From Planktomarina sp. (GTDB lineage Bacteria > Pseudomonadota > Alphaproteobacteria > Rhodobacterales > Rhodobacteraceae): a DNA stretch of 64,000 bases. The stretch's first letter is position 1. Each line of letters begins with the position of its first letter. Positions 37,233-47,927 of this stretch are shown here, piece by piece. The notes beneath the pieces are model-generated. The model was not told where the DNA came from, ran no database searches, and saw nothing but the letters and a program-made list of their open reading frames with translations. Location: NCBI RefSeq assembly GCF_016780825.1, contig NZ_JADHLF010000007.1. One strand, given 5' to 3'. A program made the translations under genes and the position numbers.

Positions 37233-38555
37233 CTAGGGCAGAACAGGGCCCCAAGACGGATCAGACGCAGGGCTGCGCAGGTTCAAGGCGCGCAGATTCC
37301 TGCCAGAAATATCAACCGAATACAGGCTCGGCGCCCCCTTGGGCCCCTGGGTTTCGCGGGTAAACATAATGACCCGCCCATTGGGCGACCAGCTGGGGCC
37401 CTCATCCAAGAATGAGGCCGACAAGAGCCGTTCTTCACTGCCATCGGTGCGCATCACACCGATGCCAAAACGCCCGTTGCTTTGCTTGGTAAAGGCGATC
37501 AAATCGCCACGCGGGCTCCAGACCGGCGTGCCATAGCGCCCATTGCCAAAGGAAATCCGCTTCGGCGTGCCGCCGGTCACGGGCATGACATAGAGTTGCT
37601 GCGTGCCGCTGCGGTCGCTTTCAAAGACGATAGAGCGCCCATCGGGGCTGAAGCTTGGGGCTGTATCAATAGAGGGGCTAGACGTCATCCGTGCGGAACG
37701 CGCGCTGGCCAAATCCATCAGATAAATATCGGTGTTGCCACCCTGTTCAAAGGAATACACCATCCGCTTGGCGTCGGGTGAAAACCGCGGTGAGAAGGCC
37801 ATTCCATTATCCGGCGTTGGCAGCCGCTTGCGTGCGGCGCTGCTCACGTCCAGCAGATAGATCTGCGGAAAACCCGTCTCCCAGCTGGTGTAGAGAACCT
37901 GCTGGCCATCACTGGAGACACGCGGCGCCAGAACGGTATTCTCATTGCCCGTCAAAAATTGCAAATTTTCGCCGTCATAATCCATGATGGCCAAGCGCTT
38001 GAGCCGCTGGTCCTTGGGTCCGGACTCAGAAACGAAGACGATCTTGCTGTCAAAATATGGCCCCTCACCGGTGATGCGCGCATAGACTTGATCGGCCACT
38101 TTATGCGCCATACGGCGCACGGCTTTGGTGCTGCCACTGAGCTGCATGCCACTGCCCAGCTGCACACCGGAATAGATATCGAAAATGCGGAACTTAACGG
38201 TCAGCCGTCCAAAGCTGGTGGTTTTGACCGCGGCGGTGACCAAAGCCTGCGTGTTGATGGCCCGCCAGTCGGGATAGCGTACAGGCTCGGCAAAGCTGCT
38301 GCGCTGCGCGATAAAACGGCTTGGCGGCACCTCGCGAAACAGACCGCTGCTGGACAAATCGTTGGCCACGATGCGCGACATTTCCGTCGCAATCGTCACC
38401 GCCTCAATATTTTCCGCTTCAAACATCGGAACCGCGAAGGTCAGAGGCTCGATCACCCCATCGGTGATCTCAATGCGCAAAGGTCCATTCTGCGCCATGC
38501 CCGCACCTGTCCAAAGGCCAAACGCCAAAACACCAAAATAGATCAATCGCTTCAT
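37233..38555 (-). CDS. tolB: Tol-Pal beta-propeller protein TolB
   Basis: AHKVAD..Y..ITGE, IMDYDG and repeated P.FSPDG / P.WSP motifs. Confidence 0.96.
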   Translation of the reverse strand: MKRLIYFGVLAFGLWTGAGMAQNGPLRIEITDGVIEPLTFAVPMFEAENIEAVTIATEMSRIVANDLSSSGLFREVPPSRFIAQRSSFAEPVRYPDWRAINTQALVTAAVKTTSFGRLTVKFRIFDIYSGVQLGSGMQLSGSTKAVRRMAHKVADQVYARITGEGPYFDSKIVFVSESGPKDQRLKRLAIMDYDGENLQFLTGNENTVLAPRVSSDGQQVLYTSWETGFPQIYLLDVSSAARKRLPTPDNGMAFSPRFSPDAKRMVYSFEQGGNTDIYLMDLASARSARMTSSPSIDTAPSFSPDGRSIVFESDRSGTQQLYVMPVTGGTPKRISFGNGRYGTPVWSPRGDLIAFTKQSNGRFGIGVMRTDGSEERLLSASFLDEGPSWSPNGRVIMFTRETQGPKGAPSLYSVDISGRNLRALNLRSPASDPSWGPVLP

Positions 38556-39682
38556 CGCACTCTCATTTTCTCTGGGTTAAATGTTAATTCCACACGCCGC
38601 CAAGTTGCAAATTGGTCTTTCGGCAGGTCAAATCCCTGTGCGCCGCATCCTTGTATCGCACGCAGTGCGGTTTCAAAAGCCCGCTCTGCACTGGTGTCAT
38701 CTCCCCCCTCAAAACCCAGCATCTTGATGCTGTTGGCAATAGGTTTTCCGTCACGCGTCAGCTCCATCTCCACCACCACAATCGTCGACAAGGCCGCCGA
38801 TGACAAGGCGCCAAGGTTCCAACACTCGGCAATCGCCAGCTGCATACCACGAATGAATTGTTCTGCCAAAGGTGCCGCTGCGGCCTCTGGCCCCACCGGG
38901 GCTTCATCACCCGCCATCAATGCCGCATTCAGAGCCGCTGTCACCGGATCAATCTCTGACAAATCCGGCTCAACTGCGGCAGGCTCGGGGACTTGCGCCG
39001 CAGGCGGGGCCGGCCGACTGCGCGGACGCACCGACCGCTCTGGCGCATTGGCCGTGACCACAGGGGCCGCAGAGGGTTTTTCCGCCTCTGTCACAATTTC
39101 CGGGGCCGCGGCCTCAGGCGCTTGCGCCTCCTGCGCCTGTGCAACCTCCGCCGGAGCCTCTTGCGGGGCGGCGGCCTCGCGGCTCTGGGCGCCCAGGTCC
39201 ATCTCGATATCCGGCGCCGAGATGGCGGCCGGCGCTATCCTCTGCGCCGGGCGCGGCTTTGGCGGCAGGCTGGTTTGCAGCGGCTGTTGCGCGCTGTCCT
39301 CCATGCGCGGGGTCCGCAACTCCACGGGCGGCAGGATCACCACATCTTGCACAGGAGCAACCGCGTCCGGTCGCCGCGACGGTAGGGCATCACCGGGTGA
39401 TATTTGGCTCAAACCTTGTGGCACCTGCACCGGGGCCTCATCCACCTGGGGCGTGCTGGGCCCTGCCGCGGCCTCCACAACCGGGATCGCCTCGGCACTT
39501 GGTATCGCCGTCGAAATCTCCGGGCTGCTGTTGTTGACCATGATGTCAAACACCTCAGAAGAGATCACAGACACATCGGCAACCGACAGCTCGGAGGGCT
39601 TGCGGGAAAAATCCCCGCTAAACACAAGCCAGCCCACAAACCCGAGATGGAGGGCGAAGGAAATATAGCTGCCCGGCGACAT
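38552..39682 (-). CDS. tolA: TolA
   Basis: N-terminal TM with S..LH, Pro/Ala/Glu-rich linker, and C-terminal CWN...RAI..C...TFNP. Confidence 0.85.
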   Translation of the reverse strand: MSPGSYISFALHLGFVGWLVFSGDFSRKPSELSVADVSVISSEVFDIMVNNSSPEISTAIPSAEAIPVVEAAAGPSTPQVDEAPVQVPQGLSQISPGDALPSRRPDAVAPVQDVVILPPVELRTPRMEDSAQQPLQTSLPPKPRPAQRIAPAAISAPDIEMDLGAQSREAAAPQEAPAEVAQAQEAQAPEAAAPEIVTEAEKPSAAPVVTANAPERSVRPRSRPAPPAAQVPEPAAVEPDLSEIDPVTAALNAALMAGDEAPVGPEAAAAPLAEQFIRGMQLAIAECWNLGALSSAALSTIVVVEMELTRDGKPIANSIKMLGFEGGDDTSAERAFETALRAIQGCGAQGFDLPKDQFATWRRVELTFNPEKMRVR

Positions 39683-39688
39683 GAGACC

Positions 39689-40159
39689 CTATCCGCCAGA
39701 GCCGTCAAATGTTGGACCACCCAAATCTGTGACCAAGCCGATATTGCCAAAGCCCGCAGCATTCATCGCCCCCATGACCTGCATCACCCGCGCATAAGGA
39801 ATGGCGCCATCGGCCCGCAGGAAGACCTTATCATCTGCGCGCTCCTGCGCGATGCCGCGCAGACGGGTCAAGAATTCGGTCTCCGGCGTTTCGGTCGTCT
39901 GTATCACGATTGCCCCCTCCGCCGTGAGCGTGACGGTCAATGGCTCCTCCGTTTCACTTGGCAAAGCTCCGGCGGCAGTTTTGGGCAAATCAACATCCAC
40001 CCCGACCGTCAGCAAAGGCGCCGCCACCATAAACACGATCAGCAATACCAACATCACATCCACAAAGGGGGTGACGTTAATCTCAGCCACAGGCCGGCTG
40101 CGCCGCCGCCGCGGGCGACGCCCCGAGCGCTCCTGAGCCATGTCCAGCTTTATAGCCAA
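39689..40159 (-). CDS. tolR: TolR
   Basis: EINVTPFVDVMLVLLIVFMVAAP and LRAD..IPY. Confidence 0.95.
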   Translation of the reverse strand: MAIKLDMAQERSGRRPRRRRSRPVAEINVTPFVDVMLVLLIVFMVAAPLLTVGVDVDLPKTAAGALPSETEEPLTVTLTAEGAIVIQTTETPETEFLTRLRGIAQERADDKVFLRADGAIPYARVMQVMGAMNAAGFGNIGLVTDLGGPTFDGSGG

Positions 40160-40162
40160 GCC

Positions 40163-40837
40163 TCAGCCCCCCAATTGGCGCGACAAGATGGTGGAAAACT
40201 CATCGGCAAAGGCCTCATAGCCGGCAATCACCCGATCACAGCCAACGCTGAGATGGTTGTAGAACACCACCGCCGGGATCGCCGCCAAAAGCCCCAGGCC
40301 CGTCGCCAAAAGCGCCTCAGCAATGCCCGGTGCCACCACGGCGAGATTGGTATTTTGCTGCGCTGCAATCTCAATAAAGGCATTCATGATTCCCCAGACC
40401 GTGCCAAATAATCCAATGAAGGGCGCGACCGAGCCGATCGAGGCCAAAATCGCCAATCCGCTTTGCAAATCATTTGATTGCTTGCCCAGGGCCACATCCA
40501 TGGACCGCTCGATCCGCGATTGAGCCCCGGCGATCAACACCCCGTCGCTGCGATGCGAGCGCCGCCATTCGGTCATCCCGGCGACAAAGATCTGCGCGCT
40601 GCCCCCACTCGGCGAAGCGCCAACTTTATCATATAGCTCATCCAGCGGCGCACCGGACCAAAAGGCCTTGTCAAACTTCGCTGAGCGGCGGCGCGCCAGG
40701 TTCAACGCAATGCGTTTGTTAATCGCGATGGTCCAAGACCAAATTGACAGGCCAATGAGCAGCACAATCACCGCCTGAACCGGCAATGTCGCGCGTGAAA
40801 ATAGGGCCCAAATCGAAAAATCGATTGCTGCTTCCAT
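40163..40837 (-). CDS. tolQ: TolQ
   Basis: APFIGLFGTVWGIM and VAPGIAEALLATGLGL. Start at ATG 40837. Confidence 0.95.
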   Translation of the reverse strand: MEAAIDFSIWALFSRATLPVQAVIVLLIGLSIWSWTIAINKRIALNLARRRSAKFDKAFWSGAPLDELYDKVGASPSGGSAQIFVAGMTEWRRSHRSDGVLIAGAQSRIERSMDVALGKQSNDLQSGLAILASIGSVAPFIGLFGTVWGIMNAFIEIAAQQNTNLAVVAPGIAEALLATGLGLLAAIPAVVFYNHLSVGCDRVIAGYEAFADEFSTILSRQLGG

Positions 40838-40928
40838 GTGAATGCCTCTGCTTGTGGCTCTTTGACCAAGTTTGGCGCGAGTGTAGCGAAAAACCTTACG
40901 AAAAGCCAAGCATTCGCAGCAATAGTTT

Positions 40929-41318
40929 TTAAGGGTTGGAATTTCGGCGGAGTTCTGCCGGAAGCCGGGTCGGCTTGCCCGCCGCAGTCAGGGCCACAAT
41001 CGTCACCTCCGCTGTGAAAAGCACCTGTCCCGCGCGCTGCACCTCTTGGCGCAAGATCCATCTTGCGGGTGTCGATGACTGTCTGTGACTCACCACCTCT
41101 AACAGATCGCCCAGCCGCGCAGGGGCCAAATATTCTGCCTGAATAGAGCGCACGGCAAAGACGACTCCTTCGGCCTGCAGCGCCAATTGATCTACACCCA
41201 ATTGCGCCACCCAGGTCGAACGCGCCCGTTCTATGAACTTTAAATAATTGGCATAATAGACGATCCCGCCCATATCCGTGTCTTCATAATAGACATTTAA
41301 TGCAAATCTATGGCTCAT
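40929..41318 (-). CDS. ybgC: Tol-pal-associated acyl-CoA thioesterase
   Basis: VYYEDTDMGGIVYYANYLKFIERAR. Confidence 0.93.
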   Translation of the reverse strand: MSHRFALNVYYEDTDMGGIVYYANYLKFIERARSTWVAQLGVDQLALQAEGVVFAVRSIQAEYLAPARLGDLLEVVSHRQSSTPARWILRQEVQRAGQVLFTAEVTIVALTAAGKPTRLPAELRRNSNP

Positions 41319-41944
41319 TGAGCCGCCTCAATCCGCGCGGCCAATCGCAGCGCATGACTGGCATCATCGGCCCGCGCCGGCATGACCGGATCATAGCCCG
41401 CGCGCAGCAAGGCGGCAATTTCGGGCCGTATCACGGTGGTGCCATTGTCCAACGCGGCCAGCGGCGAGCGGCTTTGAAACGCCCCTTGCGACCACAAAAA
41501 CATCGCCTGCACCGCTTGAGACAAGGCCAGGCTATCGGCCCCGAGTTGTTGCAGGGCGTCATCGACGCGCAGAAAGACAAAACAGGCCTGGATCGCACCC
41601 TGTGCATCAAAGCGAAAGGCCCTGTATTGATTGGCCTGTGCAGCAATCAGACGATCAACCACATTGTCCAGTTGCGGGATCATCTGATCGAGATCCGGCA
41701 CCGCGCGCAATTCTTCCCAATCGGAGAAAAAGAACATCATCAGATTGCTGCCCAACTCTGGATCCAATTCATCGGTGCTGTGACCGGCGGCGATACACAC
41801 CGCCTCAATCGCCGACTTCATGATGACCAAAGTCTCGTCCTGCACACCAAAAACCACAGGGCAAATCGGACGCCCCCATCGGGCGAAGACATAGCTGCCA
41901 TCGGTTCGGGTGAACATGCGTTCAATCTCGCTTGCCGTTACCAC
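41315..41944 (-). CDS. Hypothetical protein between ruvB and ybgC
   Basis: 209-aa ORF that fills the gap and overlaps ybgC by 4 nt. No function recognised. Confidence 0.75.
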   Translation of the reverse strand: MVTASEIERMFTRTDGSYVFARWGRPICPVVFGVQDETLVIMKSAIEAVCIAAGHSTDELDPELGSNLMMFFFSDWEELRAVPDLDQMIPQLDNVVDRLIAAQANQYRAFRFDAQGAIQACFVFLRVDDALQQLGADSLALSQAVQAMFLWSQGAFQSRSPLAALDNGTTVIRPEIAALLRAGYDPVMPARADDASHALRLAARIEAAQ

Positions 41945-42037
41945 TGACCCATCCTTTTACTCTAGTCTTCCGCAAAACCCGCGCCCTCCATAGCGCCCTG
42001 AGCTGGCTTTGGCTAGGGTCAGCCACCCGCCATGCGG

Positions 42038-43087
42038 CTATTCAAACAGCTGCGCCTGCGAGGCTGGCTGCGGCGGCGCCATACCCAAATGCGTCCAAGC
42101 CTTCTGGGCCAACATACGACCGCGCGGGGTGCGCTGGATCAGACCTTTTTGCAAAAGATATGGCTCAATCACCTCTTCCAAAGCATCACGGCTCTCTGAC
42201 AAGGCCGCAGAGAGAGTCTCAATACCCACCGGGCCACCAACGTAACTCTCGGCAATCAAACGCAAATAGCGGCGATCTGCGCTATCCAGCCCCAGATGAT
42301 CCACGCCCAAACGGGTCAGCGCATGGTCGGCAATGGCTTGGGTGATGCGCCCATCGCCTTCCACAACCGCAAAATCCAGAACCCGGCGCAGCAAGCGCCC
42401 GGCAATGCGCGGCGTGCCCCGCGCGCGTTTCGCAATTTCCCGCGCGCCTGCATCATCCGCCGGCACGCCCAGCAATTTGGCATTGCGCGTGACAATCTGG
42501 TGCAACTCCGCATCGGTATAAAATTCCAAACGCGTCGGAATTCCGAAACGATCGCGCAGAGGTGTTGTGAGCAGACCCAAACGGGTAGTGGCGCCGACGA
42601 GGGTGAAAGGCTGCAGCTCAATGCGCACGGTGCGCGCCGCAGGCCCCTCGCCAATCACCAAGTCCAATTCAAAATCCTCCAATGCCGGATAAAGAATCTC
42701 CTCCACCACAGGGTTGAGGCGGTGAATTTCATCGATAAACAAGACATCGCGCGCTTCGAGGTTGGTTAAGATCGCGGCCAAATCCCCAGCTTTGGCAAGC
42801 ACCGGCCCGCTGGTCATGCGGAAATTCACGCCCAATTCACGCGCCATGATCTGCGCCAAAGTGGTTTTGCCGAGACCCGGCGGGCCATGAAAAAGCGCAT
42901 GATCCATGGCCTCGCCGCGCTGGCGCGCTGATTGTATGAAGACATTCAAATTGGCGCGCGCGGCCTCTTGACCGATAAACTCATTGAGGCCCTTTGGCCG
43001 CAAGGCCTTGTCGCCATCCTCCGCCAGCCGTTCGGGTCGCAGCGTAGGATCGGGCGCCTCTGCCCCTCTGTCCCAGGGCGCGCTCAT
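42038..43087 (-). CDS. ruvB: Holliday junction helicase RuvB
   Basis: [22 protein letters not shown] and RGTPRIA. Confidence 0.98.
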   Translation of the reverse strand: MSAPWDRGAEAPDPTLRPERLAEDGDKALRPKGLNEFIGQEAARANLNVFIQSARQRGEAMDHALFHGPPGLGKTTLAQIMARELGVNFRMTSGPVLAKAGDLAAILTNLEARDVLFIDEIHRLNPVVEEILYPALEDFELDLVIGEGPAARTVRIELQPFTLVGATTRLGLLTTPLRDRFGIPTRLEFYTDAELHQIVTRNAKLLGVPADDAGAREIAKRARGTPRIAGRLLRRVLDFAVVEGDGRITQAIADHALTRLGVDHLGLDSADRRYLRLIAESYVGGPVGIETLSAALSESRDALEEVIEPYLLQKGLIQRTPRGRMLAQKAWTHLGMAPPQPASQAQLFE

Positions 43088-43758
43088 GTTTTAGGCGCCA
43101 TTTTCTTGAGCGCCGCACGGATCAAACTCGCAGAATCCGCCCCAGCCATTTCACCGCCCAATTGCGCCACAACCGCCGCCGCCTCCCCGGGTGCATAGCC
43201 CAAATTGCTCAAAGCGGACAAGGCATCGGCCTGCGCTGAGGGGGCCGCGGCTGGCGCGGGCTTGACGGAAATAGCCGGCCCCGCGCTCTCAATCACAGCG
43301 GCCTCCAGCACATCATCCGGATGGATCTGCGCCGCCCCATCGACCATGGCCATCACCGCTGGCGCCTTGTCTTTCAGCTCAATCACCACCCGTTGCGCGG
43401 TTTTTGGGCCGACACCCTTTGCCGCTTTGAGCGCTGTCCAATCGCCCATCGCGATCGACCGGCTCACCCCGTCAGGTCCCAAGGCCCCGAGAATCGCCAA
43501 TGAGGCCTTGGCTCCAATGCCTTGCACCGACATCAGCAATCGGTGCCATTCCTTCTCAACCAGCGAGGTAAAGCCAAACAATTGCATGAGATCTTCGCGC
43601 ACCAATAAATCCGTATAGAGCGCAACAGCCTCGCCAGCAGGCGGCAAAATCGCCAGGGTGCGATCGGAGCAATAGACCATATACCCCACCCCGCGCACAT
43701 CTAACATCACATGATCGCTGGCTTTATAATCCACGCGCCCTGACAGTTTTCCAATCAT
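43084..43758 (-). CDS. ruvA: Holliday junction DNA-binding protein RuvA
   Basis: MIGKLSG, GVGY, VRED..QLFGF, HhH motifs and [10 protein letters not shown]. Confidence 0.96.
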   Translation of the reverse strand: MIGKLSGRVDYKASDHVMLDVRGVGYMVYCSDRTLAILPPAGEAVALYTDLLVREDLMQLFGFTSLVEKEWHRLLMSVQGIGAKASLAILGALGPDGVSRSIAMGDWTALKAAKGVGPKTAQRVVIELKDKAPAVMAMVDGAAQIHPDDVLEAAVIESAGPAISVKPAPAAAPSAQADALSALSNLGYAPGEAAAVVAQLGGEMAGADSASLIRAALKKMAPKT

Positions 43759-44261
43759 CCACTTGCCCTTTGCAATGCGGCCTGAAAATGACTGCCCGCT
43801 TGAATATGATGCGCATGACAAATGGCAATCGCAAGCGCATCTGTTGCATCCGGCCCCGCCAATTTCACCCCCGGCAGCTGCAAAGACACCATATGCTCCA
43901 CCTGCCGCTTGTCCGCGTGGCCCACACCCACCACCGCCTTTTTCACCGCGTTGGGAGCATATTCGCCGACCTCAAGCCGAAACTTCGCCGGCACCAGCAT
44001 GGCAATCCCGCGCGCTTGGCCCAATTTCAACGTGCCCGCCCCGTCGCGGTTCACAAACGTTTGCTCCACGGCCGCATGACTGGGCCCATAGCATTCAATC
44101 ACCTCAGACAGCCCCTCAAAAAGCGCCAATAAGCGGCCGGCCAAGGGCCCCGGCAGGGTTTGGCATTGACCATTGGCCACGTGGCGCAGCTTGCTGCCCT
44201 GCACATCCACAAGCCCCCAGCCGGTGGAGCGCAAACCCGGATCAATGCCCAATACCCGCAT
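43755..44261 (-). CDS. ruvC: Holliday junction resolvase RuvC
   Basis: [21 protein letters not shown] and [12 protein letters not shown]. Confidence 0.97.
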   Translation of the reverse strand: MRVLGIDPGLRSTGWGLVDVQGSKLRHVANGQCQTLPGPLAGRLLALFEGLSEVIECYGPSHAAVEQTFVNRDGAGTLKLGQARGIAMLVPAKFRLEVGEYAPNAVKKAVVGVGHADKRQVEHMVSLQLPGVKLAGPDATDALAIAICHAHHIQAGSHFQAALQRASG

Positions 44262-44299
44262 AAAATTGCCCCTCACTTGCTCCTCTTGCAAAGTAAGTA

Positions 44300-44314
44300 G
44301 CACGAAACGCGAAC
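44300..44314 (-). promoter_or_regulatory. Alphaproteobacterial LexA (SOS) box upstream of ruvC
   Basis: Minus strand reads GTTC-GCGTTTC-GTGC, one mismatch to GTTC-N7-GTTC, about 40 bp before ruvC. Confidence 0.65.
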
Positions 44315-44418
44315 ATCTGAAAAGCAGTCATTTCGATTGCGGCGCAATTTCACCAGCGTCTCGCCGCAAGCCCTCACAAAGCCGCCCTAAAAACAATCCA
44401 CTATGCCCAACAGAAGGC

Positions 44419-44433
44419 ATGCAAAAATCGCAT
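44419..44433. promoter_or_regulatory. LysR-type T-N11-A palindrome upstream of the DUF1127 gene
   Basis: ATGC-AAAAATC-GCAT. An overlapping ATGCC-N8-GGCAT lies at 44403-44420. Confidence 0.5.
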
Positions 44434-44537
44434 ATCGGTTATGTAATTTTTCCCAGTAGCCAAGCTCTTAAAGCGCGCCTACATGCCCAGCATAAAGACA
44501 CTCACCCCTGACATCATTCCTGGAAAGGACTTCTCAA

Positions 44538-44741
44538 ATGGCATATCTCGACACTTCCTGCATCTCGGCAATTTCCACATCTCGCACTGTCATTGCCAAT
44601 ATTGCCACCGCCGTCTTCACAGCCTTCGTACGCTGGAACGATGCGCGCGTCACCCGCAACGCCCTGTCGCAACTCTCCTTGCGTGAGCTGAACGATATTG
44701 GGTTGGCGCCCGGTGACATCGAACGGATCGCACGCCGCTAA
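44538..44741 (+). CDS. DUF1127 small protein
   Basis: RW..AR.TR.AL..LS.REL.DIGL..GDI signature; AAGGA RBS. Confidence 0.92.
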   Translation: MAYLDTSCISAISTSRTVIANIATAVFTAFVRWNDARVTRNALSQLSLRELNDIGLAPGDIERIARR

Positions 44742-44780
44742 AAAGCAGGCCCCGCCCGCGGACCTAAAGCTGGATTTGAG

Positions 44781-44815
44781 AACGCCGCGCAGAGCTTGCG
44801 CGGCGTTTCAGTTTT
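44781..44815 (+). terminator. Terminator between DUF1127 and prmA
   Basis: AACGCCGCGCA-GAGCT-TGCGCGGCGTT followed by TCAGTTTT. Confidence 0.7.
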
Positions 44816-44828
44816 GGGATGCCGTCTG

Positions 44829-45698
44829 CTACCGACGGCGCAGGGTCAATGCGCTCCACTCGCCGAGATCTTCGCGCCTTTGCAAATCGAAGCCCTGCGC
44901 CTGATAGACCCCAATGATTTCTTCGGCTTGCTCAACCAAAATCCCCGAGAGAATGGCCCGCCCGCCCGGTGCCACATGTGCCGCCATATCCGGCGCCAGC
45001 TCAATCAGCGGACCCTTCAAGATATTGGCAAAAATAAGATCAAACGGCGCGCCCGCCTGCAGGGCGGGCGACTCAAACCCAATGGATTCAACGCAGTCCA
45101 CCCGGCCCTCCAGCCCATTGGCCTGCACATTGGCAAGGGCCACCTCGACGGCCACGGGATCAATATCACTGGCCAGCACATAGGCCGCCTCCATGCGGGC
45201 GGCAGACATCGCCAGAACGGCAGTGCCGCAACCAAGATCCAAGACCTTGTCGAACCGCTGCCCATCCTCCAACAGCCGATCATAGGCACGCAAACACCCC
45301 AAAGTGGTGCCGTGATGCCCGGTGCCAAAGGCCATGGCAGCTTCGATCAACAGGCCAACGCGTCCCTCGGGTAAAAGCGCGGCATCATGGCTGCCATAAA
45401 CGAAAAATCGCCCCGCCTCGACGGGCGGCAATTCGCGGCGCACTTTGGCGACCCAATCTTGATCCGGCACCTCGGAGACCGCAAAGGGCCCGGCCCCAAA
45501 AGCTGCCGATAGCAAAGCCAGATCAACATCATCTGGCGCGTCCAGAAAATATCCGCCCACTTCCCAAATGCCCTTGCCGTCTTCAACTTCAAACACCCCA
45601 ACCCCAGTTGGCGCCGGCTCCAGCGCTTCGAGCGCCTCTCCCAAAGCTTCCGCTTGAGATTTACCGGGCAAAGTGGTCAGGGCGGTATAGGTGATCAT
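44829..45698 (-). CDS. prmA: Ribosomal protein L11 methyltransferase
   Basis: MAFGTGHHGTT, LDLGCGTAVL, ANIL and ILSGIL. Confidence 0.94.
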   Translation of the reverse strand: MITYTALTTLPGKSQAEALGEALEALEPAPTGVGVFEVEDGKGIWEVGGYFLDAPDDVDLALLSAAFGAGPFAVSEVPDQDWVAKVRRELPPVEAGRFFVYGSHDAALLPEGRVGLLIEAAMAFGTGHHGTTLGCLRAYDRLLEDGQRFDKVLDLGCGTAVLAMSAARMEAAYVLASDIDPVAVEVALANVQANGLEGRVDCVESIGFESPALQAGAPFDLIFANILKGPLIELAPDMAAHVAPGGRAILSGILVEQAEEIIGVYQAQGFDLQRREDLGEWSALTLRRR

Positions 45699-45828
45699 GG
45701 GTCAGCTCCAATGGTTTTGTGAGCTCATAGCCTGTCTTGCCGCGCATCGCAATCGCCTGCCACCCGCGCCGTTTGCGAAGGGCACGCCCGCCGCAAACTC
45801 AAAGGCAAGGCCGCGGCACGCGGCGCCG

Positions 45829-46482
45829 CTAGGTGACAGCCAATCCGATGGGACAGGTCACCCCGGTTCCCCCGATGCCGCAATAGCCATTAGGATTTTT
45901 CGCCAGATATTGCTGATGATAATCTTCGGCATAATAAAACTCGGGTGCTGGCAAAATCTCACTGGTAATCGCGCCAAACCCAGAGGCCTTCAGCTGCTCT
46001 GCAAAGACAGAGAGGCTCGCCTGAGCTGCCTGTGCCTGCTCCGCGCCATAGGTATAAATGCCTGAGCGATATTGCGTGCCGCGATCATTGCCTTGGCGCA
46101 TGCCTTGAGTCGGATCATGACCCTCCCAAAAGACCTTCAGCAAGGCCTCATAAGAGACAATCGCCGGATCAAAGATCACCCGCACCACCTCATTATGGCC
46201 TGTTTTGCCCGTGCAGACCTCTTCATAAGTCGGATTGGGCGTATAGCCGGCCGCATAGCCCACCATGGTCACCCACACGCCCTCAATCCCCCAAAACATC
46301 CGCTCCACGCCCCAAAAGCAGCCCATGCCGAACATGGCCTCCTGCAGCCCCGCGTCGCGCTTCCCGTGCAAGGGACGACCCGTTACGAAATGCGTGGCTG
46401 CGGTGGCGATGGGGGTGTTACGCCCCGGCAAGGCTTGGTCCCTTTGAACCATCTGTGACTTTTCGCGCGACATAAAAAACAT
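45829..46482 (-). CDS. msrA: Peptide methionine sulfoxide reductase A
   Basis: [13 protein letters not shown] and AEDYHQQYL. Confidence 0.97.
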   Translation of the reverse strand: MFFMSREKSQMVQRDQALPGRNTPIATAATHFVTGRPLHGKRDAGLQEAMFGMGCFWGVERMFWGIEGVWVTMVGYAAGYTPNPTYEEVCTGKTGHNEVVRVIFDPAIVSYEALLKVFWEGHDPTQGMRQGNDRGTQYRSGIYTYGAEQAQAAQASLSVFAEQLKASGFGAITSEILPAPEFYYAEDYHQQYLAKNPNGYCGIGGTGVTCPIGLAVT

Positions 46483-46570
46483 CTCTGGCTCCCTTCAAGG
46501 TGTCTCTAAGATATAATGGTGATCGGGCAGATATCCAGCACAGAGGCCGCATTGTGCCAAAACACGCCCG

Positions 46571-47779
46571 TTAGCGGCTCAAAATAGTCTCATGGCCCGG
46601 TTCGGGCCGTCTGGGAATCAACAGAGCCAGCCCCAGCGAGGTCAGCGCCATGCCCGCGGCCAGAATAAACACCAAACTGGGTGAAAACAGCCACAGAAGT
46701 CCCAAAAACACCGGCAATCCCACGGCCGCGATATGATTGATGGTAAAGGCCACCGCGGCCGTTGGGGCAATATCGGCCGGATCCGCAATCTTTTGGAAAT
46801 AGGTTTTCAGGGCAAAAGCCAGCGAGAAAAACAGGTGGTCTAACACAAACAGGGCCCCCGCAAGCATCACGCCCCAACCAAACATGTAAATGCCGCCATA
46901 TGTCAAAAAGACCAGGGCCAAACCCGCATATTCAAAGACCAAAGTATTGCGCTCCCCGTAGCGCGCCACAACCCGGCCAAACACCGGCCCAATAAACATA
47001 TTCATCACGAGGTTGATTAAATACAAGGACGTCAATTCATGCACGTCAAAGCCGAAACGCTCCACCATCATAAAACCCGCAAACACCATGAAGACCTGCC
47101 GCCGAGCACCGGCCATGAATTGCAGCGCATAATAGAGCCAATAGCGTTTGCGCAGAACCATGGTTTTATGCTGCGGTGTGGGCGACTGGAACTGGGGATA
47201 AAATACCATACAGGCCAAGGCTATGGCCGCTGTTAGACCGCCCGAAATCATATAGGCGGTATTAAAGCTCAACGCGAGCCAGTCCCAAGTGATAACAATC
47301 ACGCCAAAGGCCACCAGCGAGGCTGCCGACCCCATCGCCAAGAGCCAGCCCAGAACCTGCGGCGCCTGCGCCTTGGAAATCCATTGCAATTGCAGCGATT
47401 GATTGACCGTTTCATAATAATGAAACCCAATGGAGGAGAGCAGCGTCAGCGTTAGGATGCCGCCCATTTGTGGAAACCAAGCGGTCACCGCCGTGGCCAA
47501 TCCCAAGAGCACCAAGGATAAGAGACCCAAGACCTGCTCGCGCATAAAAACGATAATGGCAATCACCCCGACCGCAAGAAATCCAGGAATTTCCCGCACC
47601 GAATGCAACAGCCCGATGTCCGCCCCATCAAAATTGGCCACTTCAATCACAAAATTATTGAGCAAAGCACTCCAAGTGGCAAAGGCAATGGGCATCGCGG
47701 CAGCCATGACAAAGAGCAAAAATATCGGTCGACGCCAAACTGGGGCCGATTGCGCCTCTTGCAAGGTTACGATCTGCAT
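46571..47779 (-). CDS. MFS transporter, substrate unknown
   Basis: About 12 hydrophobic segments; REIPG and FTINHIAAV. Start moved to ATG 47779. Confidence 0.85.
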   Translation of the reverse strand: MQIVTLQEAQSAPVWRRPIFLLFVMAAAMPIAFATWSALLNNFVIEVANFDGADIGLLHSVREIPGFLAVGVIAIIVFMREQVLGLLSLVLLGLATAVTAWFPQMGGILTLTLLSSIGFHYYETVNQSLQLQWISKAQAPQVLGWLLAMGSAASLVAFGVIVITWDWLALSFNTAYMISGGLTAAIALACMVFYPQFQSPTPQHKTMVLRKRYWLYYALQFMAGARRQVFMVFAGFMMVERFGFDVHELTSLYLINLVMNMFIGPVFGRVVARYGERNTLVFEYAGLALVFLTYGGIYMFGWGVMLAGALFVLDHLFFSLAFALKTYFQKIADPADIAPTAAVAFTINHIAAVGLPVFLGLLWLFSPSLVFILAAGMALTSLGLALLIPRRPEPGHETILSR

Positions 47780-47885
47780 TGACTCACTCCCAAACACCGC
47801 CCCGCGATCTGCGGCTTGCGATCCTGCTGCAAGACCTGCGCCGGCGAAAGGAACCACCGGGCTGATCTTTACCTCCACCTCACAT

Positions 47886-47908
47886 ATTGGTAATGATAAT
47901 TGACCAAT
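47886..47908. promoter_or_regulatory. FadR-subfamily (LldR/GlcC-like) operator upstream of lldD
   Basis: ATTGGT-N11-ACCAAT, ending about 20 bp before the lldD ATG. Confidence 0.65.
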
Positions 47909-47927
47909 TTTTAGCAAAGGCTAGGCT

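Noticed and set aside
37959..39668. 569-aa plus-strand ORF, and other long antisense ORFs such as 5535-6767, 19234-20475 and 33182-34270
   Set aside because: These are shadows of well-supported genes on the opposite strand in GC-rich DNA, with no recognisable motifs.
44742..44828. Possible CcsR/cuckoo sRNAs downstream of DUF1127
   Set aside because: There are no CCTCCTCCC motifs, only a terminator hairpin.
45772..45799. Nested hairpin between msrA and prmA
   Set aside because: It is short, GC-rich, single-copy in the window and has no U-tract, so it cannot be distinguished from chance.
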